62,182 nucleotides of DNA, filler included, from Bipalium vagum (GCA_037834085.1; 3 parts of 3 records of this genome joined end to end with filler, not necessarily neighbours in it); one strand, 5' to 3'. Counted from the whole stretch's first letter, positions 41,421 through 56,028 are shown. The notes: a model not told the origin generated them from the letters alone. A program made the numbers and translations.

Positions 41421-42689
41421 CAGTACCCTCCAAAAGTTTGTTCACCTCCTATCAAAATAAATAAAAACGAATGTAAGTCAAGATATATTTATCAAATATT
41501 CACGACAATTACATTCTAATACTTAGTTGGATGCCCTTTCATACTGAGAGCAGATTTGACTCGTATCGCCATTGATTCTAAGAGATTGACAATATTTTCT
41601 ATCCAAAGAATACCAGTATTGTTGAACTACTTTCCACAATTGTTCTTTGGAATAGCATAAAACATATTGCATTGCAAGCTGAAGGTATTCCCAAATATTT
41701 TCGATTGAGTTAACATCCGGAGATATTCCTGGCCAATCTAGAACATCGATATTTTTACTTTAAAAGTACTTATACTTGCTCAAAGCTCTATGTGGAGGTG
41801 CCATGGATTGTTGGAATATGAAATTATTCTCAGGGAATAGCATTTAGTAACGACATCAATGTCATTTACTTTTCTTCTCTGATATAATTTCGCATCCATA
41901 GAACCTTTTACCTTCTTTAATAATTCCACACCATTTAAAGAAAAGCGTTCCCATACATGTATTTTAGGTCTGTGACTCCTAATTTGGTGTATATTTCCTG
42001 GTTTTCTTTTGTTATTTGCTGTCCGTAACACCCAGTGTTTCCCATCATGACTATAACGCTGGAAAATCCTTTCGTCACTGAAGACAACATTTTTCCACTT
42101 ATTAAAATCCCAGTCCTTATGCTTGTTGGCCCATAACATTCTTTTTTGTCTTTTTCTTATTGATAGGAAAGGTTTCCTTATGCTTCTGTAACAATGAATA
42201 CCATCATTTTGAGGATTCTTCTTACGGTACTAGATGATATTGTAGTACTGCTTTGAGATAAGAAGTCATTGGTTACTTTATTGTTTGCTTTTGAAATTCT
42301 TTTGAATAATTTTTCATTTCTTATTGATACCTTTCTGGATCTTCTGCGAGCTAAATCTTTCGTTTCGTTTGTTCTTAAAAACTTTTTTCGCATTCCACGT
42401 CTAGATACACTGGTGAAATATTGATTCTGTAAATCTAATTGAATTTCATTCCAGGTTTTCCCAGTCTTCTTAAGTACAACTATGACATTTCTATTAAATT
42501 CGGATAATTTTCTTGCCATTCTGTAATTGAAATAAACGCTATAAGAATTATAAAATTTTAAATAATTAACATATATCAATATTATTTAATAAATTAATTA
42601 TTAAATAATTAAAAATGTAAGTTATTAAAACACAAATTACGTAATTTAGTAAATTATGCAGGGAGTGAACAAACTTTTTGAGGGTACTG
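41421..42689 (-). mobile_element. Full-length but frameshifted Tc1 element
   Basis: About 29-bp TIRs CAGTACCCTC(C/A)AAAAGTTTGTTCAC; TA on the left, TG on the right; VVFSDE and WPGISPDVNSIENIW motifs. Confidence 0.9.
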
Positions 42690-43572
42690 TGGATTCTTAA
42701 TGATAATAATAAGTACATTTACTTACTTGCAAAGTTTTATGCTTACTTATTATTTTACATGTGTAGATGTGTATATTCAATCTTTATTGTTTTATAGATA
42801 ACTGACTTTTCAGCGACTCTTTAGTGAAAATCGAGTCCTTCACATTCTATCATGACTTGTTACGTTAATGATATTAGTTTGGAAAAAAATAAATTGCAGT
42901 TTTTAACATTCAATTTCAAAGGAACAAATAACAGCTTTAACAAAATTTTATTTATTAAAATAGAAATTATAACACTGTGAACATTTCTCTCAAAGAGTCG
43001 CAAGCTTATTTATCCATATTCGATTAAAATCTGTAGCTCTAGTTACAAAAGCTTCAAAGGCTTAAATAACAGTATCATCATTGGAGAAGAACTTGTCCAA
43101 ATTCTAGGATAAACTATCTGATTATTACTTCTTTCGATTCTTACAAAAATTTTTAGATAGTAAAAGTTTCAGTTCCAATGAGGTCAAAATTCACTTGGAT
43201 CAGTTTTTCGCTTCTAAAGATGTAACCCTCTATAAACGTGGAATTATATTCATTAATAATAAATTAATTAATTAATAATAAATTAATAAAAAACACAAAA
43301 AGTTTATAATTATGACAAATAATATTTTAAAATGTTATTTTGAATTTCTTTGAACTACTTATAATTGTAAGTAGTGTTTTTAAACTTTAAATTAAACTTT
43401 ATTATAATTAACTTTTATAATTATCTATGTGAATAATAAACTTTTTGTGTTTTTTTATAATTAATTTTATTTTTAAAAATACTAATTAACACTGAAACAC
43501 TACTAATAATACTTAATTAATTAAAATAAGGTTTAAAAATTAATTAATAATCATTAAAATAATTATATAATA

Positions 43573-43672
43573 NNNNNNNNNNNNNNNNNNNNNNNNNNNN
43601 NNNNNNNNNNNNNNNNTTAATTAATTAANNNNNNNNNNNNNNNNNNNNNNNNNNNNNNNNNNNNNNNNNNNN
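43573..43672. other. Artificial contig linker: 44 N + TTAATTAATTAA + 44 N
   Basis: Same structure as 25071-25170. Confidence 0.95.
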
Positions 43673-43683
43673 AATAATAATAA

Positions 43684-43746
<63 letters not shown>
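43673..43746. repeat. (TAA)n microsatellite at the contig edge
   Basis: Directly visible, with one interruption. Confidence 0.95.
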
Positions 43747-43748
<2 letters not shown>

Positions 43749-45489
43749 GTATGATTTTTAATTTATGTTTTACTAATTCTTTAATGTAAATAAATTGGAT
43801 TTACACTAATAAAAGAAGGTATTTTTAACAAGAGATATTTTAGAAATGAATTTATTAATTTTGCAAATGGAAAAGGGAAAAGGAAATTAAATGGAAACTA
43901 ATCTGGATTTGCTCTGAAATAGTGTATTGTTTTACATTCATACATGATTTTGTTGATTTGCAAATTAACATTCCGTTCAGCGTGTGTGGGGATTTAGTGA
44001 AATTTGTTATTGCCTAATTCTTTTCCATCACGTAGCAAAAGAAGTCTCAAAGCTGTTTAACAAATGCCAGGATTTATTTGAACAAAAATATTTAATTAGA
44101 AATTTAATGATTTAATTTTGTTCAAGTTTTTCATAAATGAATTCTCTCCATACATTAATGAATTAACCAGGAAAGGTCTTTAGAATTAAAACAATTTCAG
44201 AGAGAAAGAAATCAGAATTTTTTTTATTTATTTTCACAAAAAATATCGATTTGATTTCGAAATTTGGGTTTGAAATGTTTTATAATTCCTTTCGTAAATA
44301 AAATTGTTGTATTGTTTTAAAAATGGAAATCTTTTTCATAGAAGGAGCAATTATAATTTTTAAAACTTTTTAAGATGAAACTTTTTTCTTATCAATTTGC
44401 AAAGGTATTATTTTCAATAATTAAAGCGCGAAGAGCCTCGTCGATATCATTAAAATTTTAAGTCGTAAGAGCGGTAAATTAATTAAATCATTTTTGCAAC
44501 ATATTTACTTGTAATAGAAAGTTTAACAACATTTTCTGAACGTTGTGTTTATCATCCTCACTCTTACATAAATATAAATTAATTAAGGTGAGATTGGTTA
44601 TAAGTTTGTTTAAAACAAATTTTTGTAAACAAATGTTTAAACAAAACAAATTTGTAAGCAAACAAACTCAGAAATTCAATGAACGTTAAAAGTACACAAT
44701 GAATTGAGAAGTCACCAACCTCGTATTACAAATATTGAAATGTCGAATTATTTTTTAAAAATCATTTAAGAACTGATTTTTTTCTTTTGAGGGTTTTTAA
44801 CTATTTAACCGAAAAATTGTTTTAAAACCACATGTGGTATGTGGTCAATTTTTATAAATAAATTTAAGGAGAAAGTCGTGTAGATGTCAAAAAGAATGTA
44901 GTATTTTTCGAATTATTGATCTAAAAGATAGGAATATAAAATCTAATGATTTTCTTTTATTAACTTACCAATGGATATGTGAATCACAACTAAAAAAAAT
45001 TATTGTATTCAGTCTTACCAACTGTACTCATGACATTAAAAATTGTAAATAAATTGTTATTTTTGTTAAAATCAATAATTGTAGCCCTGAAGAGGACTGT
45101 TTGCATTTTCACTTTAAAAAAAAATATTAAATTTAATAAATATTTAAAATTTCATGACCTAAAAAATTATAAATTGCTTATTTAAACAAAACGTGGCCAA
45201 ACCGAATTTCAACCATAAATATATAAAGTTAAATTAAATTTTAAAAGATTTTCTGTCTATTTATTTATATTTCAGCTTTGAATTTTTCAAATTTTACATA
45301 TGAATAAATAAATAAATAAATGATAATAATAAATGTTTAAATAATAATGTTTTGGTAAATGAATAATTTACAATATTTATTTTCCTTAATGTAATGAACA
45401 CAACTTTCGGTGATTAATTGATTTATCTGAATATTTCTTTGTTAAAAATTACAAATTTTTTATTTTGATAATATATTTATTTTATTCAG

Positions 45490-47909
45490 ATTGCTGAATT
45501 GGTAGCATCGGAATTTTTTGAACAGGGCGATTTAGAGAAAACCAAGTTGAATATCACACCAATTGTAAGAATTAAAACTCCACTAAACCATGTTTCTCAT
45601 AATTATTTTTTTCATATTTCTCAAGTGTACTATCGACCAGTATTTTATTATTTTGCTTTTTTAATTTTTTAAAACTCAAATTAAGTAATAGAGAAAAAAG
45701 TGAATAAATATAAATCAATATTATCAAATGCACTCAAATAAACTGAAAGCTTAAAAAAGGTTTCTTGAAGAATTCCACTAGCGATGCGTGATAAATATTT
45801 GAAGATAAATCTCTTTGTAGTCGTAATTCACTTATGGTGATAAGTCTTTGTCGATGGAAATCAAGAATAATGAAATTTAAAAAATTTTATTTAAACATAA
45901 AGCAAAACTTTTTATATCAATTGATACAATTGTAGTATACACTGGGTCCTTTTAGAACATTAAATGTTTTTCTGAGAATGTTTCTTAATATAATCTCTGT
46001 TAACAATATGCTGTCGATTCAACTTCTTTAGTTTATACAGAATTCAGTGTTAAAATTGTAAATATTTTTAATAATACCATGATTAAAGAGAATTTTTAAA
46101 AGTTCCCACTTGATAATTGTAATTGGAGGACATTGACATTTTAAAGAGGTAGACTTAAACAAATTTTAATATTATTCAAAAATTATTTTGATTAAAATCC
46201 ATAACCCTCTCTAAAACATTTCCTGATTATTTTTTAAAATGCCATTTATATTTTATTTATATTTTCATATTATTTTTCGAGTGACATATTTCATACATTT
46301 TATTAAAAAAATATTCAGTACTTTCAAATAATTTGAAGAATATTATTTGATATATCATGAAGATATAATGATATATCAATGGAGAGAAATTAATTGTCGT
46401 TTGAAAAGTCCGTTCATCACAAAAAATAGACAAATATTTTCATATTAATGTAGATGAAATATCCAATTATTTTCATTTACTATTCTTGTAGCTCAATCAA
46501 TATCGTAATTATGTAAAATAAATGAATCAAATGTACAGCGCTTAGAAATTTCCATATATCGTTGCATATATCGTTGAACTATTTATCCTTAAGTGCGTTA
46601 CCTCTTTATACTGCGATAATAATTATACTTAATGATTCTCAAGGACATCACAAATCCATAAACGACAATAATTATGTAGAAGAAATAGAATGCAATTTTT
46701 CCATTATTAATTGTCTGTTATTCTTTTAAAGAATAAAATTATTTTTAAAAATTTCAGAATAGGTCGCCTAATCAATTTAAGCAATATTTAATAAATCTCC
46801 TAAATTAATAAAGTGTCATTTTGAACTAATATTTCTGGTAAAAAGATATCAGGTTTACATAAAAATACTTTTTGCTTCATCGAAATATAGTACAGAAAAT
46901 ATCAATATTTTTGGTCATTTTTGACATTATTATTGGCAAAAACTGAAGCAATCTGGACGAAGTAGTGTCAATGGAGATGCTTTCTCTAATAAAAATACAG
47001 ACACAAAGAATTATTTAATTCTTGGAGGTTTCCAAATGAAAACTTTTAATTTTAATTTAAAGCTCCGATTAATATCCGACAAAAAATTAATAGTGGTTAG
47101 TTTTTATTTGATATCAAAATAGGATATCATATAAAAATATATATATATGGGAAAATTAAAAAATCTTGTTTTAGGATTTGTTGTTGCTATTTCATAACCA
47201 AGGTATATTTTTAAAGTTAGGATTATTGCTGTTCTTAACATGCTCAATTAAAAATAAAATTGTTTATTATTATAGAAGTACAAAATAATATAATATAAAT
47301 TAGTATATAATAAAAAGCTCCCCAAAATAAACACAAGAAATATAAGGTGCAAAAATGTTTTGTAAAAAAAAGATAAAAGCATAGTTAATGTAGACCAAAG
47401 TACTTCATAAAAAGATGAGTTTTTTAGGCGGACTCTTTCTTCTACTATACCTTGCATCAAAATAGATTAAATAAATTTGGATGGTACGTGAAGATAAAGT
47501 ACTAAAAATATTAAGGAAAGCTGAATTTATTTATACTTCTTATTTTACTTTTATTATTATTTATACCTTCCTTATAAATTTATTATGTATTAAAAATATT
47601 CTTGTATATAATTTTTTATTCAGGCTATGATGGATAGAGATAAGAAAGACGAACTTCCAAAACTGCAAGTCGAATTTATTGATCAAATTTGTTTACCATT
47701 ATATCAAGTTTGATTATACTCTTTCGTTTTGATCCTGAATAATCAATCAGTTGAAGTATTTGATAAATGTCATATTTTTGCAGGCAATAACAAAAGTATC
47801 GTCAAACCTGACCCCGTTATTAAATGGCTGCTTGCAAAATAGGGAACATTGGGATGCATTGTGGCAGGAAAGGTTAAAAGCTAAGCAAATATCACAATCT
47901 GTTATATAA
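45490..47909 (+). CDS. Class I cyclic-nucleotide phosphodiesterase, PDE5/6/11-like; last three exons only (5' partial)
   Basis: Exons 45490-45564 ([17 protein letters not shown]...), 47624-47707 ([28 protein letters not shown], with the invariant Gln) and 47784-47909 (...[13 protein letters not shown]...TAA). Phase-0 GT-AG introns. Not in the ORF track. Confidence 0.92.
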
Positions 47910-49668
47910 TAGATTTATCACAATTATTAATTAAAACTAGATTATATTTGGTTTTACAAACATTCGCAAAATTCCAGATAAAAAAACTTGTAAGACATTG
48001 AGAATGTAATATTTGTTTAATACTTATAAATTTTGTCAATATCAAAAAGTTTTTTACAAATGATACAATCCATTTGTTGTACATAAAAATGCATAAAAAT
48101 AAGTATATCTATTGATTAATTTATTTTTTTTAAAAAATGATTTCTTTGCCCTTCACTTTTTAATGAAATTAAAATTATTTGTGTGATTATGATTATGATT
48201 TATTATTATTATTATTATAAAATTTCCAGAAATTAAAATATTATAATAAATAATTGTTATGTACCAAGATAGTTTTTTATAGAATCATATGACTAAAGCC
48301 ATAAGTTTTAATTAGATTTGTATTACTATTACTATGAACCTTGTCATAACACTTAGCTCGCAAAATTTAATGACCCCTTTACTTTTGTCAAAACGTGTAC
48401 GATAATGAATGAATCAAAACAACTACAAATAAGACTTTATTACCAAAGATACAGCCACAATATCTTACTAAAGAGTAATAATCAAATCGAATTGTCAATA
48501 AAAGGTTTAAAATCATACAATCGTAAAAATTAAATGTTTCAATAACGATTAATCGATTAAACTGAAAGTAAACAGTAATAATCAATTAAATAATTAAATT
48601 AAAATGCTAAGAAAATATCAGTTAATTTATGCGAAAAAGGAAAACAAAGAAAACAACGATATCATCAGTAATCCCGGTGGTTTTCTTGTGCCAATCCGGA
48701 TCGTTCAGAAATCCCCTAATAGCACAGGATCCATCATAAGCTCCTGTCGCATAATTGATGGCATAAATGACACCAACTTGAAATCTTCAAAAATCTTCTG
48801 ACAATGAATCCTTCTGAATCTTCCAACAAAATTATTACTTTCTGATTCTTCTGACAAAAATAACAATTTTTTCTTAATCTCTCTTTGTGGCAATCCAAAT
48901 TCTAACTCTTTAAATAATATTTTGGTCAGACGATTAATCAGTTGTAGACCAATTTTATCAATGGTTATATTATATCTTTATTCCTAAATTGGTACCTCTT
49001 TGTGGACCCTGATCAAATCTTGGCAATTTAGCTTCGCCGTTGTCAAGATTAGATCAGTTTTGGAAATATGATACATTTTATTATTAATATTTTAATTATT
49101 ATTTATAGTATTATTATTTTACTTTCGACCCTTTTGCAGTCTCTAATGTATAAGTTTTACTAGGATTAACAGAGATGTGTCATTGTCTAACCCAATAAAA
49201 TTAAAAATAATAACTGATAGCAATAAGGTAGATTTTTAATTTCGTGAATATTGGAAGAAATCAACTTTAATTTAGAGTATTTATTTAAATATTAGACTTA
49301 GATTGGCTATCTTTCTTGTTGATTCATTTTTCCATTATATAATTACTGAATGAAAATAAAAAAGTAATAATAATTAGTAAGATGAACAAAACTAAAAATT
49401 TTCAGAACAAGATTAAGTAACATAATCATCCTGAATATTAAATTGTATCATATATTATTTTACGCTAAGTTTTTCAATTAAAAAGTCTGAAGCAGATATT
49501 CTGAGGTAAAATTTCATGAAAAGATGTAAAAATGTGTATTCTGTTATACTGGTCAAATTATAAAATATTTTTTAGAGGAAAATTGTGAAATAAAATTATA
49601 TTAATAGTCAGAAAAATAATAGATGAAAAAGAAAAATATAATAAACATTTTAAAGAGTAGCCCATATA

Positions 49669-50935
49669 TAGGTGCCGCCACTTCTAACAATTGGTATGAA
49701 AGATTTGGCTACATAGTAACTAAAACAAAGACATTTTTGAAATGGTATTATATTGATCTTTTTATTGAATAATTTATTTAGTGATAATCCTCTAGATGAA
49801 GAGACAACAACACGAATTTAAACCCAAGGCAATTATTGCTTTTTCCAAGAAAATTCCAAAAATAAACTGGCTACGGTTAATCATTTTCGGCAGCAAAATA
49901 TTAAAGAGAGAACAATCCGGAATATAATATCACGCTTTCTGAAGACTGGAGTAACAGATTACAAGCCAATACCAGGTCGTAAACCAGTTGTAAACACTGC
50001 CAGAAAAGTGTTGAAGCACGCGAAAAACAACAGATCACTGTCAAAGCGCGTGTCATCAAAGCAGTTGCATCTGAGTCGTAGTATCAGAGAGTGAAAGAAG
50101 CGGTTGGATTGCATAGCAGAAATAACCAGAGGAAGCCTAAATATAATAAAGGTCAGATACAGCGTTCAATTAAGTGGTCAGCTAAGCTTTACAAGGATAG
50201 TCTTCCAAGTGGTAAGAATTACTTCTTTGTTTTGGATGACAAAACATATGTGCCACTAGATCCAATGCAAGTGTCTGGTAACCAATATTATTTGTCGAAT
50301 GATGAAGCGGAGCGTGTAGTTCAAACCGGTAAATTTGAAAAAAGGTTTATGATCTGGCAAGCATTGGCAGAAAATGGATCTGTTTCAGAGCCGTTTGTGA
50401 CTAATGGTACTGTTAATGGTGAAATTTATCTGAAAAATGTATTGAAAAGCGTCTTTTGCCGTTTTTACAAAAGTTAGATGTCTAAAGCCCAACTTCATTT
50501 TGGCCTGATCTGAAAACTTCGCATTATTGTAACATTGTGACGGCCAAACTCAGGGAACTTTGTTTTAAAACTTTGTTTTTAAAGAACAGAACTTGCGGAA
50601 TGTGCCACAGTTACGCCCAATTGAAAAATTTTGGGCACTTTGTAAGCACAGATATCACATGCTGAATAAACCAGTTGACAGTATATCAAAAATGAAACGA
50701 ATCTGGACACGCATCTCTAAGGAAATGGCAGATGAGTCTGGAAAAACCTTGTTTAAACACTTTCGACAAAAATTACGCACTTGTTCAGAAAAAGGACCAC
50801 TTTCTGTTTAAATTTTGTATAAAAATTTTCTTGAATATAAATGTTATTCGTTCTAAAAGTTTACTTATGTTTATGTTTGCTGGGTTACCAAATGTAAAGG
50901 TTTGACTGCGAGGTATCTATATATGGACCACCCTA
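49669..50935 (+). mobile_element. Degenerate ITm element of the DD37E-like type
   Basis: FVLDDKTY (from DDETY), FWPDLKTSHY and NVPQLRPIEKFW; imperfect TAGG(G)TG termini. Exact D-E spacing is obscured by a short duplication near 50558-50583. Confidence 0.75.
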
Positions 50936-51722
50936 TAATACAATTAATAAACAAAAAAAACAAAAAAAACATGCCAAATATTAATAAAAATAATTAAATT
51001 TTTTCCAAATGTGGGAGTCGTCAACCAAAAAGAGGAAAAGATAAAGAATTGGGCAGGATCACAATGTCATTTTGTTATAACTTTCTTTCATCAAACATTT
51101 AAATCTGATTTTTTATGTGTGATCTAGACATTTTAATTGCATCTAAACATTTTAATTTGTCATCAAATATTATATTAGTGATTTAGTAATTCCATTTAAT
51201 TAAATTTTTTAAATATAAATTAATATTAATAATAATAAATAAGAATAAAAAGAATAAAATAATTTGACCTAAAAGCATGTCCACAAGGCCGTGTAGCAGG
51301 ATCTAAGAAAAATCTTAAAAATAAAAAAAATTATAATAATAATAAATTAAAATAAATAAATAATAAAGAATACCTGTGGAAAGCAGTGGGCAGTGCCTGA
51401 AATGAGGTGAAAATAAAATAAAAAAATTTTTAATATAAAAATCTACGATCTACTTAATACACCATAAGATCATTAAATACAACCTACATAATACACCATG
51501 AGAGCGTTAAAACCTCAGATTAATACCCATAAGTAGTATAGGTAAAGACCCAGATTAAAATATAGACAATCAAATGAGCTCTCAATAATACAAAATTAAA
51601 AAAAATAAATAAAAGCATACACAAAGGCAATAATGGGTTTCAAGAAGCATAAGTATTAAAATAATGAAATCAATTTAAAGAATAATAAAATGTGATCAAA
51701 AGTACCAAAATAATAAATTAAA

Positions 51723-51850
51723 TGACGTTAGTAAAAGTTTTTATAGGAATAATAACGTCAAATAAAGAAAAAGGGAAATGACGTCATAAGAGAAGAACCA
51801 ATGACAATCGTTGTAGAACCAACACACAAGATAGGAAAATAGTATAAATA
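51723..51850 (+). promoter_or_regulatory. Promoter-like cluster: three CRE-like sites, CCAAT box, TATA box (possible solo LTR)
   Basis: TGACGTTA 51723, TAACGTCA 51753, TGACGTCA 51779, CCAAT 51798, TATAAATA 51843. Confidence 0.35.
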
Positions 51851-53453
51851 CCCAAAGAAAAATCATAAAAATTACCCTTAAAATTTTCTAAGTTTATCAT
51901 AACTAAGAAAGGAAAGTAAATATAGAGTTTATTATAACTCATTTTGCAAAAACAAAAATTTATTAAAGTGTAAGTGAATTATTATATTTACTATAATTAA
52001 ATAATTACACAGAGCGTGAATATAATTTCCGTTTCTGTTTTTATAAAATTACTTCTTATTTCTTCTTTTTGTGTTTTATTATAGCAATTACGATCTGGTA
52101 AACTAGTTATCAGATTCGCTATTTTACTTCAGGGCATCTGCACATTTCCTTGTGTAGATTGAATATCTTCTTTAATTACAAATTGTCATTTTGATTTTAG
52201 TAGAAGGAAAATCTTTTAAAAGTTGTGAAGTCTATTAAAAATAAAAATTTTAAAAATCTTTTTATTTATTTTGTGATCTTAAGATCAAGGAGTCAGATCA
52301 AGATAAATTATACATAACTCCACTCACGTAAAACTTAACAAAAATATTTTGTTGTGGAATGTGACATTTTTCAATGCATTTTTCAGGCAGTAAATTTTCT
52401 CAACTTTTATTTCATTAAAATTATTAGGTTCTTGATTTCATTATTTTTGATACGATCTTAATTATTTAGTTCTAAACACATTTATTTGAAAGATCTTTTT
52501 TTGCTCTATAAAAGTTTATTATGTTACTTCATTTCAATTAAATTTGAAAGCTATGATATACAATTTCAATTTGATCAACATCCTATTTCCTACACATCTT
52601 ACTATTTTATTGTAATCAAGGTCAGAAAGTTGCATAAGAGAATCAAGAAATTAGTAATTTTTACGAAAACCTAATTTAGGTCTGGACTACTACAAAATAT
52701 TAGTAAGAGATATTTCGAATATGGAATATTCAACCTTTAAACAGTCCACACACAGATAAGCCGATGAATTTATCGCACTTCTAAAAGAGGATGACAATCA
52801 AAGATGCTGCGATTTTACTCAGAGAATAAAAAGCAATCCGATAACAGTCTTTCGTTACCTAAAATCAAACGGGTAAAGTAAAAAAAATTGGTGATTATGT
52901 AACATATTGACAGAAAGAGAAAATCAAAGAAAATCTATTAAACATTGCCAAACAAGAAGCAACGCAAAATCACAAGGAACAGCTTCTTAATCAAATCATC
53001 TTCGAAATAGGAAAATTAGATTTGTTTACATAGTATACAAAAACAGGTATAAAAACTCAAAACGAATTTCCTATGAAGAAATTTATCAATATCACAATCG
53101 TGAAATGATGTTCACGGTCTGCAATAAAAATGGGTTTAATAAAACTTCAATTAACTGTTATGACGCAAATGAATTTAATATTTCTACTGAGGAAATCGAT
53201 GAAAACACCAATGATGAAATTAATATTGGATATTATAAAAATATTTAAACAGTTGTTCATTTGGATGTTAAACATGAGAAAATATTTTAATTGGTGAATT
53301 TATAAAACAAATATCGTATTTTCGGCCTCTTTTCATTTGATTATATATTGTAGTTTTGAGCTGTCAAATTTTAAATCAATAAATCGCTTCGGTACAAATA
53401 ATTGACCTATTGATTATTTAACATTTACATAATTATGAAATGTTAATAATTTA

Positions 53454-53788
53454 GGCTCTTTTTTGTTTACGGAACTTACTATTTGTTGTTAGTAAGTGCG
53501 TTCCTATTGGTCGCCTATTTATAGATAGATTTTTTATAGAGAAAAGCTTGTGGACATTAAAATCATTTTTTCAAATTTAAATAAAATCATCAGTAATGAT
53601 GCCATTTTCATATGAAATTTTTTCCCATTTCCAAAGTAAATTCATTTAAATATAAAAATAATTTTAATGCTTCAAGATTTTTGCTTCCAAGACCTCTGTT
53701 GTTAATGTCCACAGGCTTTTCTCTATAAAAAATCTATCTATAAAAATCTAACAACCAATAGTAAGTGCGTTCCTTAAACAAAAGAACC
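53454..53788. mobile_element. MITE with long imperfect TIRs, probably Merlin-type
   Basis: 53521-53560 and 53702-53741 form a near-perfect inverted repeat; outer GG...CC termini; flanks ATAATTTA and ATAATTTT (7/8 match, 8-bp TSD). Confidence 0.7.
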
Positions 53789-54453
53789 ATAATTTTTTAT
53801 TATTAATGATTATTTTACTGATTTAATTATTTTATCAATTTAATTATTGAAGTAATGGGGAATTTATGTAGCCATAAGTAAGAAATAAATACCATTTATG
53901 TCTGTTCATCAAAAATGAATTTTTTTGGTATTGATATAGTCGTTTTACATTTTGCCGACATACATTTTCAGAGACTTTGATTATATTTTAATTTTAAAGA
54001 TTTATTATAATATTCGCAGTGGTAATTTTGACCAAAAATTCTTCACATTTTGATCAATAAATATATTGAGCTGTTTACATATAGATGTTATCATCTGAAT
54101 ATTTAATGAGTAGCATATTATTAATTAAAATTATATTTTTTTATGGACATAATTTATAAAACTTATGAATTTAATAATTTAAAACAAAAAATGCCATTTA
54201 TACGGCATATTATAAATTTTATGTTTTAGTGAAATTTGGAAAATATATTTAAAAATGACGAAAAATAATTTTTAAAAATGTATTATTAAATATATTTTAA
54301 AAACGAAAAAAAAGTTTTTTTATTTGTTTATTCTGAAAATTGAATATTTCTAAAGATTTAAAGTGAAATAAGTTAAAAAATAATTCTTAAAGTAAAACAT
54401 TTCAGTTTCAGGTTCTATCATATATACATAAATAATATTAATATTACCTAAAA

Positions 54454-55780
54454 TACTGTAAAATCACGATTATAAACTGCAGCCCATATTAGCTGCACAA
54501 GTTTATTTTCTGAGACCTGCTTTTAAATCGTATAAGCTGCACTTTGTATTAACTGCAACTAAATTCAGTTGAAATACTAAAATTAGATACTTCAAATTAA
54601 TAAATTACTAATAGACTTTAACATTAAATAGTTAATTTTGTTAACTTGTAAAATTTAATGTTAACTTAAACAATTTTGTTAATAATTGCTTGTCTATATT
54701 GACTATTTAATTGTGTGATTTTTAAAACAGTAACTAAATATGGAGAAAGATAACCAGAACAGTGAACAAGAACAAAAAGAAACAGGGAAGATCATTTATA
54801 GTTCATGAAAGAAATTATAAATGACCAAAGTACCTCGTGAATAAAGAAACACACGTGAAGCTGCGTGATGATGAAACCACGATGGATCACCAAAGAACAT
54901 GCTATCAGACCAATTAAACCAAATCGAAGAGCTTTGTGTGGTGGTAACGCTAGATATGCAAAATTGAAAACAAAACTACACCAATGGGTCTTAATGCAAC
55001 GGGAACGAGAATTTCAAGTGTCAGTTATTCGAATTAGATTAGAGACACATGTCATTGCAAAAGAGATGAATATTGAAGGATTTCTCTGTAGCTCTCAATA
55101 GGCTAATAATTTTATGAAACGCAAGAACATTTGTCTTTGACGGCCTACCACAAAGCAACAATTACCCAAGAATTGCGAATTTCAGATCGCCATGTTTAGA
55201 AGAACCAGAGTTAAAAGTGGCTATCATATATCGACTGGATTGACTTCAACGGTGGAACCATTGGACCTTACTGTTGACTGTTCGTCTAAGTCAAAATTAC
55301 GTAAGAATTGGGAGGACTGGATCATCAATGAATATGAGAACATCAAAAATACTAAATTAGGAAATATAAAGACCGCAGATTGGGATAGTATTTTTGAATG
55401 GATTGTTTCATTCTGGAAGAAAGTTAACCTTTCAACGATCTTGAATGGCTTTCGAGTTTCTTTCGGTGAATTTTACGACATCCTTAAATGTGAAGAAAAT
55501 TAAATGGAAATTACTGAATCTAGTCGAAACATTGAAGATGTTCCTGAACTTGTTGAATAACTGGAAAAATTCACTATAATTAATGATGAAATTTGTGATG
55601 GTTTTGAAGATTGTAATTTATAAATAAATAATTTTTTTAATAAAATTGTATTAATTGTTAAGTATTAATTATTTTCGAAGTCTACTTTTTAATCGCATCG
55701 GCTGCACTTCGTATTAACTGCAGCTGAAAAATTTTCAATTTCGGAAGTATAAGCAGCAGCTTATACTTTGGATTTCATAG
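54454..55780 (+). mobile_element. Internally deleted pogo-like element
   Basis: Imperfect 25-bp TIRs; subterminal GCTGCACTT.GTATTAACTGCA repeats at both ends; CENP-B HTH (LHQWV...NNFMKR) and TGLTSTVEPLDLTV (DDE_1 C-terminal motif). Confidence 0.8.
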
Positions 55781-56028
55781 AAACGAGTTGCTTGTTACCA
55801 ATTTAATATTTAATCAAAAATTTAATTATTGATTATCATTAGATTGATCAGAAAAAATAAATCATTTTTATATATATTTTGAAAAAAGAGTAGACACAAT
55901 TTTGTATTAAAAATACCACCACAGTAATAAAACTAATTTTAAAAATACAAAATATATTAAGGAGAAGCAAACGAGAGCAAATTCCAATCACCAGGATTAT
56001 TGAGACGTAACAGAAATCGGCATCAGAG

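Noticed and set aside
46100-46700. Faint piggyBac-like words (CDNNYT); similar hints at about 4700-4920
   Set aside because: Too degenerate, with no TTAA/TIR ends identified.
51440-51560. Spaced 30-35-bp repeats resembling a CRISPR array
   Set aside because: Only 3-4 degenerate units, no unique spacers, no cas genes, eukaryotic context.
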